A stretch of DNA of 64,000 nucleotides from Rhizophagus irregularis (Eukaryota): positions 992,001-1,056,000 of the forward strand of contig NC_089432.1 in assembly GCF_026210795.1 (NCBI RefSeq), read 5' to 3'. Below, in pieces: positions 54,678-64,000 of the stretch. The notes beneath the pieces are model-generated. The model ran no database searches and was not told the DNA's origin. It saw nothing but the letters and a program-made list of their open reading frames with translations. Position 1 is the first letter of the stretch. Every line of letters begins with the position of its first letter. A program made the position numbers and the translations under genes.

Positions 54678-55324
54678 TTTTTTAAAGGGAGAACTGATAA
54701 GGGGAAAGAAAGTAAATAATTTTTGTGTAATTTTTTTTTTTTTCACTTAATATAATTTTATGGTGATACTGCAGGCGCAGATCGACAATTAGAAAGTTGG
54801 CTTTGTGTTTCCGCAGCAAATTTGAGTTACCGCAGTTTTTATTGACCGCAGCGAATATTTTAATCAAAAAATGGAAAAAATGGCCTAAAGATTCGCATTA
54901 TACGTTACATACGAGCTTTTTTTCTTTATTTTCAAAAAGGGATAGACGGGATAAAACCAATAAATCACGTGAATATTTAAGCACATGTACATAAGCGAAA
55001 AATTAAAAAAAAAATTGTTCTAACTAAAATAACTAACTCAGCCGACAAGACTTTCATATATCTGGAAGAATCTGGTAACGTCCGCAGTTTTTTATAAAAA
55101 TTTACTTCTTTATTTTCATACAAGTGATAGCGACGGCTTTTCTGCAACACCGCAGTTATATTATGAACGGGAATTGGTGAAATTTGGCTTAGAGTAATGA
55201 TTTGGTAGATGATGTCCAATTTGGTAAACATTAACAAATCCAACTTTGTTTTTATATGTTCTTTTGAACATTGAACCTGTTCTTTTATTGTAAATGAACC
55301 GCCGTCATAAGTTAATAAATCTAG

Positions 55325-55741
55325 TGTCACGAAATACTAATAATAATGAGTTCACAGACTCCTCATATGACTTTCCAGACAAAATGAAGAAATTATGAAT
55401 AATATATTTATTTATTTTATTTATTTTATTCATCAAGAGTGAAATCCGGACTACTAGAGGTAAAAGATACATAGTAAGAAAGACTAACTAAAGCAAGTTA
55501 ACGGACGTGTTCCTCATATAAGGGGATCACCCTTCGTTAAAGGAAAAGAAAAAGAAAGCAGCTACCCACAGAGAAACTAGTCAAACTACGCCGCTGGGAT
55601 AATTATTATGAATGATATAAGTCGTTATCGACAACCTTTACTCAGCGGATCACGTGCCAATTTATTTTGACAACTTAAGACATCTCTGAAAATCTATTGG
55701 TTAATCATTGTTCTGGAAGTATGTCTGGAATCGCCGTAACA
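55325..55741. mobile_element. Possible solo LTR
   Basis: TGTCACG...CGTAACA inverted ends around a higher-GC 417-bp block; TSD does not match. Confidence 0.35.
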
Positions 55742-55823
55742 CAGGACTTATTTAAAGATTTTACAAAATTTATTGAGTAAAAACATTCCGCGAATACAGC
55801 TTTACTAATTTTGTATACTTTTA

Positions 55824-55958
55824 CCGTATTTTGCGGTATATAAGCACCCTTTTTTGCACTTAATGCCGGCCAAGATCCTCATAATTCTGGTCAAAATAGC
55901 CATAATTCCGGCCAGGGGTGCTTATTTTCGGGAGGTGCTTATTAACAACAAAATACGG
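55824..55958. mobile_element. Tc1/mariner-pogo-type MITE
   Basis: TA|CCGTATTTTG...CAAAATACGG|TA; internal TAAGCACC/GGTGCTTA. Confidence 0.85.
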
Positions 55959-57669
55959 TATATTTAACGAAAAATAAACGTCCTTCTTTACAAATCCTGC
56001 TATAACGTAATGAGAAAAAATTGTAAATTTTTAAAAGTATTTTACATTAATAATTCGTTTCAACTTTTAATTAAAATAATAATTTGCTAAATATATTAAT
56101 GAATTGACAAGACAAAAGATTAATTTCAAAATATGAACGTAGTTTCTGCAAAGACTTTAATTGATCAATTATAATAGGTGATTCTGATGAACAATTTCCA
56201 TAACAACTTGTTGTAAAGTAGTCTTCTTGACATTAAATGATTCAATTGATAGTTTACAGGTTTCTTTAATGGATGATCCATTTTTATATCTGGTCTCATT
56301 GTCGTTAAGTCACTTAAGTGATGCAATTGATAATTCACAGGTTTCTCTAATGGGTGATTCATTTTATTGCAGATCTCTTAAAAGAGAGTTTCATTCTATT
56401 AACAGTTAAATAATAATTATAAATAGCAATTAATTATTAAATTGTGATAGTGCAAAATTTTTATAATTTGAATCTACCTCAAACTTGAGTCTTTTTATTT
56501 ATAGTTTAAGTGTTCTCCAGTTGCTTGTCATGATTTTTCTAAATAAATTAGACGATTAATTAATAAATAACTACTAATTATTATAAAAGTATCGATTATT
56601 TTCACAGACTTGGCATTTCAGATACTATTAAGATGTAATATAATTCTTTTTTTTTTGCTATGATTTTTAATATTAAACATTAATCATTCCATACTTAACA
56701 CAGAAATAAATGGAATAACAAATACGCAGGCACAGAATGACTACAAACTTTTACGCGCTTTACATAATCAAAAAAAATCACATGGTACACTGATTAATCA
56801 AAAAAGGGGATATTTTGATTTATTATAAAATTATAACGAGAAAAAAAGTAGCCTGTCGTTAATTTAACACTAAAATGTGTCTAATATTATTACTATTATA
56901 TATACATTGTGTTGTCATATTTCAAATCTATATAAAATTAATGTAGAAGGTTTAACGCTATATTCTTTATTAATTTCATATTTTATTTATTTTCTAAGTA
57001 AGCTAATAAATCGTTCAAAAAATAAATAGAATCAATAGTAATTTGCAAATTATATGGTAATTGATGTAATTAGGTATATATAGACAAGTTTATTCAAGAA
57101 TCACAATTAAATGCAAGAAATAAATTTGAATTTAATGAATAATTGATTAAGATATTCTCATACTTTTTCTTAATTTTAATATTTATTAATTTTCTCTCCA
57201 CCCTCCTCAAAGATTTGTCATAGTAATAATAAACGAACGAACCAAATACGTATGTAATCTTTTAAATTTATCCATAAGCTATGATTCCTATCTTCATTTT
57301 AAAGAATCCAAACATTATCATATCTCAAAAATTATTCTTTCATATTTATTGACGATTCTTTTTTGAGCATTTTTTACATATTCAGTTGGTATACCTCGTT
57401 TTTTCCGTCGTTTGTCAAAAATAATTGATGTAAAAAGGTTTTTCGTATACATTTCTTTCAAATTTCTCCAAATCTTTCTATTCTAGTAATTTTTTAAATT
57501 TAAAATTTTCCGAGCTTGTTCGCTGCGCCACATTCATTTATTCCGCTGAAGAGTTTTTGACGTAGAGAATCAAAAAAAATCATTCTTGTATTGGATGTAT
57601 TAAATAATTTAATTAAAATAATAAAATCACAATTGTTTGTAACTTTGTATAATAAGTCAGAGTGGATAA

Positions 57670-57845
57670 AAAACATTCGTTAATTTAAATATTAATTCAA
57701 CCGTTTTAAGATGGTTTAATAAAGTGGAAATTAACAATATATTTGCGCATTTTAGAGAATTAAATTTATCATACAAATTTAAATTATTATTAAGAGGAAG
57801 TCGTGAACTCATGATGGATTTATTAAAGTTTCATGAATTTGTACA
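57670..57845 (+). pseudogene. TLDc-domain gene fragment
   Basis: ..RWFNKVEINN..RELNLSYKFKLLLRGSR..DGF..KFHEF, with frameshifts. Confidence 0.6.
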
Positions 57846-57965
57846 ATTTTTTTTAAAATAATGTACTAAAAATAAAAATTATACTTTTATTAGCTAAATA
57901 TACAAATTGATACTACAGGCTACTAATCTTTTGTGAATTAAACCTTGTAAATCATATATAATAAT

Positions 57966-58877
57966 TTATTCATTTAAAATATGATTCAATTTATTTTGAG
58001 CATATTGGTATCCTTGTTTAGCAGATTTTTTGTACCAATAGATTGCTTGATTCTTATCTTTTTTAATTACATTTCCTTTTTCATACATCAAAGCTAGATT
58101 ACATTGTGCAAAACGATTTCCCAAATTTGCTGCCTTTTGATATAATTCAAATGCTTTTTGTTTATTAGCATCGACTCCAATTCCTTTTTCATAACAACGC
58201 CCTAAATTACTTATTCCGTGTGAATTTTCTAAATCTGCTGCTTTTTGATATAATTCAAATGCTTTTTGCTTATTAATTCCAGTTACAAATTCGTTTTCAT
58301 AATACCACCCCAAATTATTTACACCATGAGAATTTCCTAAATCTGCTGCTTTTTGGTATAATTCAAATGCTTTTTGTTTATAAACATTAGTTCCAATTCC
58401 ACAATCATGACAAAATCCCAACAAATTTATTCCACTTGAATAATTTTTATCTGCTAATTTTTTAGATAATTCAAAAGCTTTTTCATAATTTTTATCAATA
58501 CCATCACCATCCATATACATATTAGCAAGATTATATTGAGCTATACCAATTCCCAAATTTGTTGCTTTTTGATATAATTCAAATGCTTTTTGCATATTAA
58601 TATTTATTTCTATTCCATGATAATTAAAATATCCAAGTAAGTAAATAGAATTTAAATCATTTTGATTATTTAAAAGCCAAGTATAAATTTCTTGTAATTT
58701 TATCTTAAGATTGTTAATATAATCAAAAAAGTATTTCTTTCTAATATTCGCTTCTTTTCCTTTATTTACTTCTTTAAAATCAAGTTTAACAAGTTCATCA
58801 ACTACGATACTTAAATCTTCTTCAAAAATACTTTCATTAATGCTTTGAGTCGTGGGTTCCAATTCTTTTATATTCAT
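57966..58877 (-). CDS. Sel1-like repeat protein, 6 repeats, N-terminus shortened
   Basis: Intact repeats; the QIIQ-equivalent upstream segment contains a stop. Confidence 0.8.
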   Translation of the reverse strand: MNIKELEPTTQSINESIFEEDLSIVVDELVKLDFKEVNKGKEANIRKKYFFDYINNLKIKLQEIYTWLLNNQNDLNSIYLLGYFNYHGIEININMQKAFELYQKATNLGIGIAQYNLANMYMDGDGIDKNYEKAFELSKKLADKNYSSGINLLGFCHDCGIGTNVYKQKAFELYQKAADLGNSHGVNNLGWYYENEFVTGINKQKAFELYQKAADLENSHGISNLGRCYEKGIGVDANKQKAFELYQKAANLGNRFAQCNLALMYEKGNVIKKDKNQAIYWYKKSAKQGYQYAQNKLNHILNE

Positions 58878-59552
58878 TTTATAAAAATCCTAGAATAAAA
58901 ATAATTTGAATATGATCTAAATTATTTAAATATTTAAAAATTTTATTGTTAAAAAAAATTTTTAATCAGGCTAAATTACTTTGTGTAATTAATTTTCATA
59001 ATTGTTTATTCGTTTGTGTACGGGTACCCGGAGTTTTTGATTAATTTGTCAATCTTGTCACACAAATGTATAAATATTGCAAATTTCACTTTCCCCAAAC
59101 GGGAAAATAAATACGTTGCGCCAATCTCTTAAAAATATTTTAACGTTATAGACATTTAACACATTTTTTTCAGATAGTGCTACCCCCCGAAATCATCCTT
59201 AAGTGGATCTACTGCTACTGAATCTTCGTGAATTTTCCATTTGTAGATCGTCAAACAAAGAATGATTTCGATGCTTTATAGGCTTTTTTGTTTTTATTAT
59301 TAACAAATAATAATTTTGGATCTTTTGTTAGTATATTAATCGTTATTATATTCATAAAAAAATTTTTTGTTTGTTTATTAATGCCTTAACAGTTTACCAA
59401 TACTTTTTTTTTAATTTGATTAGTCACATAATGATGATTGATGATTTACGTTGTGCAAAATTGATATGGTTCACATGGTGACACACATGAGTTCAACCTG
59501 AAAAAAAATGCGCATCTGTATTTTCTTTTTCAAAAAAAAGGGGCGAACAAAA

Positions 59553-59800
59553 ATGTCACAACTTCCCGCCAACTGTATTAACGAAATTTTCGAATATTTA
59601 GAGAAATATAAGAAAACTTTATATTCATGTTTATCAATCAGTCATCTTGTGAAATTTCCGTTAGAATCTTATGGAGAAACGTTTGGAATTATAGTAATCG
59701 AACTTATAATACTTTAATTATATGTCTTCCTAACGAATCAAAAGAATTATTATTTCATCAACAACAACAAATCACCAATGTTAAAATTAATTATCGTTTA
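59553..59800 (+). pseudogene. F-box-like gene remnant
   Basis: MSQLPANCINEIFEYL...TLYSCL, frameshift, CEISVRILWRN...CLPNESKELL. Confidence 0.7.
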
Positions 59801-62648
59801 AAAAAATTTTAAGATATTTAGGTAAAATAGAAGTAATTATCATGCGATCATATATTTATTAGAATAAAGTTAAAAAAGAAATATTATGAACGCCAGTTTT
59901 ACTAAATTTGTGATACATGTCCATCCAAAATCGAGAGGATTAGATCAAATAAATTGCTTGATTCTTATTGTCACTTACCTTAATCCCTAGTCATCTTAAG
60001 AAATGCAAACGAAGAAAAATATATAATATGGAAAGTACATATCCAGAGTCGTTTATTTGCCAAATATTCGGATATTCTTAACAATAACAGCTGTATTATT
60101 TCCTCCGTTGATATATCCTTATAAATTTAATTACGTTCCCAAGATAGTTTACATTGACCATAATTTTTAATGAGAGAATTGATTGTAATTGTCCACAACT
60201 TTGAAACTGTCTCACTAGATATTGTCTCTTTCAAAAGCGTAGATTTACATGGGACTTGTTTTCTAAGGAACGAACGTAATCCATTTCTCGTTAGTTCTGT
60301 GAGACATTCTTCTCCGCTCACTACTTCAGTGATATTATATATCAACATAAATGTTCGTAGCTTGCAGGATATGTGATCTCTGGTTTTTTGCTTAATCGCA
60401 TTCTCCAATGAAACCTTTCTTTTGCAGCATATGAAGACTAGCTGTTGTGTTAAGAGAGATACAAACCGGTTTAAATTTCCAGCGCAAACAATAGTATTTC
60501 AATTCTAATCATTTTAACTCTCGTCTTATGCATGATGTATTACCATTTTAGAAAAAATAAATTTGACATACATACCATCTGTACGGATTATCCAATCATC
60601 TTGTAACGGTATGGAACACCCATTACACTTCCAAAAAATGATATATATGTGAAATAGAATTCAGTAGACTTATTGTGGATTCTTCGTTCGTGGAATAAAG
60701 CAGTTTATTATTTAAATCTACCCTTATTTACAGACTGATTTTTATTAACGCAAAATAATGTACAATCGTGTTAAATAAAACTACATCAAAAGAAAAAATA
60801 CTACTCATATATACACGTTATAAATTATATCGGACAAGGTTATGATATACTATTTACAAATGAAATGTTTATACAAAGTAATGATCACATAACTTCTTGT
60901 TAATCAAGCCAAAATAGTTTCTTTTGTTTTCGACTGAGGAACCGTAACATGACGATAAATTTGACAACGTTTGCCTGGTTGTTTAAATCCAATTTTATTG
61001 ATATCGATTTGTACGTAAACTTATATCCAGAATGCGCTTTCTCGTAATCAAATAATTTAACAAATAACACCCACAACATTTATTTTTGATAAATAGGCGT
61101 ATTGATTATTTCTTTGCAGGATACAGATTTTTCTCTTGTCTGCTGATGTTGAACTAATTTATTGACTGATGACACGGCGGAAGTTTCTCCTGTGATCCTG
61201 TCTGCCGATGTTCGATTAATTTGTTGACCGAAGAGGACACAGAATTTCCTCTTATTTGTTTATGCTCGATTGACTTGTCAAATGAGGACACTTTGACGAC
61301 AATGCCAACAACATATCTCCCACTTTTGCAACCAAGTAAATTTTATTGGTAACTTTACTTCTTTTCTGTACCCAAGGCACGAGAACTTTTTTAAACATTA
61401 TTACATTATACAAGTACTGGATGCTTACAGCATCGGACGCTTCTCTATTAGTACCACTTGAAACCATAAGGTAACAAAATGCCAGTTGAAGAACGTAGAA
61501 TTATTTTTTGTTTTACTCGGTCTTTAAAAGTATCTCTGTATTTATCATCACATGGATCGTTGAAAGCAGTAGGGTCAGCTTCTGTTAATAGCGAAACCTT
61601 GCCCCGAATTATTAATTCAAAAACTTGGTGCATTATTTTACGCCATGGTTCATCGAAATAATAGTCAGTTCTATCGACAATTACTATTAATAATACATTA
61701 TTGTCAGCAGTACCTTCATGTCGTTTAAACGAAAACTATATTAGCAATAGTGTTTAATTTTTATTAACCATGTTATTAATGAAAAAGATTCTCGTGGAAT
61801 TGATTCTGGCTAGAGTGATATAAAATAATAACGACTTATGACGAATCGTTATGTCATATTTGCATCTGGGTCAGATATGTTCCTCGAAAACAAAGATTTT
61901 TGTAAATTTTTTGATGTGGTCAACTTATTCAGAAAATCCTAACTATGAGATCGTACGGTTGCTTTGTTTTAGAAGAACTGCGCATACCTCACGTAGTACA
62001 ATGACGTTTAGCTTCGAAGACTATATTGTTATTACATACACAGTATATACTGCGGAGTGGATTAACATGACTCCTTAACATACAGTGGATTTTTTTAATT
62101 AGCCTAATTTACTATATTATACTCTACAAATGACAATTCATGACGTATTACATTATAGGGACGAATTATTATATATAGATAACGATATTGTTTGAAATTT
62201 CAGGGTTTCATTATTTAATGTTAAGATCATCATCTTAACGACCCCATTTGATAATACAATATCATCACAATATCACTTATCGTTACGATATAGATATAAA
62301 TATAATACAGATGGTTTACATAATAAAGTATTTTTGTATAATGTCAAATTGACGGGATTTTTGATTTTACCTTACGTTAAGACAAAAAAATTTAATATAA
62401 AAACCCGTTTTAACCCATTTAACAGTTAACAACCTTACGGTAGGTCGTTTTATAAGTTGTATGAATAGTTATAGTTTTCATTTTCTATTTCTTTCTTTTC
62501 GGTTACTTTTTTTGAGTTTTGCTAACTTTTTTGCCGATTATTTTTTTTTAAAAAAATTTTCAAAAAAAAAATTATTTGTTATTCATTTCACTTTACATAG
62601 ATTTTATTTATTTGGACATTTTTTGACAATGACTCTTACGTTTAAAAT

Positions 62649-62880
62649 TATATAATTATATAAAATTTACTAGTAGGTTAAATCGCCCAGGCTAAATCAC
62701 CCCGGGTTAAAATTAGTCTTATACATTTTTTTTCTTCTCAAAATCTTGTTCTAACGTCTTTTTTTATATAATTATATAAAATTTACTAGTAGGTTAAATC
62801 GCCCAGGTTAAATCACCCCGGGTTAAAATTAGTCTTATACATTTTTTTTCTTCTCAAAATCTTGTTCTAACGTCTTTTTT
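62649..62880. repeat. Near-perfect ~117-bp tandem duplication
   Basis: TATATAATTATATAAAATTTACTAGTAGGTTAAATCGCCCAGG...CTAACGTCTTTTT occurs twice. Confidence 0.92.
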
Positions 62881-64000
62881 TTCTTTTGTAGTTTCAATGT
62901 TTATCTTCGAAAATGTCTTTGTAAATAAGAAAGAAGCTAAAATTGGCTTCTTTTACTCTTTATTTTTTATTAGAGGATTGTTTAAATAATTTTTAATTAG
63001 GGTGGCTTAGAATTGGCACGTGATATTACGGATGCACCAATATCCACTGCTTATCATAGAGCAAAATTTAAACCACAGGGTTAACCAAAATGGTGCTCAT
63101 TCTAAAGACGCATGCATTAGTTGCCAGTATGGTTGATTTCTCTGATTTTATTTTACTGAGTAATCATAATGATATTAAAATTATACTTAGAAAATTGATC
63201 ACATATCGGAGTTTTTTTGATATTGAAATGATATCATTTAAAATAATGAGATTTCTGTAAAGAATAACTTTTCACATAATGATTGAAGTCTTTTTGCAAA
63301 AGCTGAGAAGTACTGTTTTTAAAAAATAAATCGACCAAGAAACACAAATGAAGTCACGATTTATATTAAGACAAGAGAACAAGAAGTTAATGAGTTATTA
63401 TCCGAAAATCATCTGGTTATTATCAAAAGTAAGTAAGTATCCCTCTCTCTATTTGTATTAAATCAATTATTCTTGCTGAACTTGTTCTTAATTACCAATA
63501 AAGATAGTGTAAATGAGTGCTTTGGAGAAACAGCACGAGATTCCATTGACGACGTCTCGAAAAATAGCATAAAAGAGTCTTGGTCACGTATAATCTAGGA
63601 CTTAAATTGATATAAATCATTCACACAACTTTTCATTGATACACAAAGAAGGAGTAATAATGGTGATCATGGGTAAAAATTCGCCTCGCAGAGAAGGCCA
63701 AAAGGAATCATGACAGGTTTCCAAAAGTATCACAATGATATTGACATAAACCAATTGGAATCCAGGGAGAAAGAATGATGAACAATGAATAGAGATACGT
63801 GAACGTATAACAATTGGTACCGAAAAATTTAATATCAATCAATGGCAACAATTGCGCTCTTCTCTTCAAAAATGTGTCAGAAATTTGTATAATTAATCAC
63901 AAGAATTTAAATTTATTGGAGTTGTCAATAAAAGCTGGCTACAATTGATTATATTTTTTAATCATCATGTTCATTTCTTCAACTAACGGATCATTTCCGT

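Noticed and set aside
53760..54746. Longer N-terminus for this Sel1 gene
   Set aside because: Non-ATG start in a poly-A tract; paralogues begin at MSDKQ (54677)
56165..56362. Short ORF with a duplicated HPLxKPVNYQLxHL unit, a possible peptide precursor
   Set aside because: No signal peptide or dibasic cleavage pattern; explained by a ~78-bp duplication
60900..61740. Fragmented minus-strand coding-like sequence
   Set aside because: Probably a gene relic, but no recognisable motif to support a call

Overview
Very AT-rich, intron-containing eukaryotic DNA. The gene families present (Sel1-repeat genes with the QIIQNFxK...IFEEDL linker, F-box and TLDc remnants, APH-like kinase, Plavaka/EnSpm/hAT/Gypsy elements) point to an arbuscular mycorrhizal fungus (Glomeromycota, Rhizophagus-like); this is an inference. 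The backbone is a co-oriented array of eight single-exon, kinase-less Sel1-repeat paralogues on the minus strand. Their repeat number varies (4-6) and they share an upstream motif. A ~31 kb block of nested transposons (20.0-50.9 kb) and a 3.6 kb CACTG-ended element split the array. Many insertions resolve to the base by TIR/TSD, including a gene<hAT<MITE<MITE nest and a Helitron-in-Helitron inside a Plavaka element. The most unusual signals are: two TE-borne arrays of short self-similar exons with clean splice signals but no evident protein; a decayed tRNA-Gly-like sequence just upstream of a Gypsy PPT; two divergent members of an unannotated, possibly OB-fold, TE-associated gene family; and a MITE with an apparent 6-bp TSD. 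All calls were made by eye and no database searches were run.
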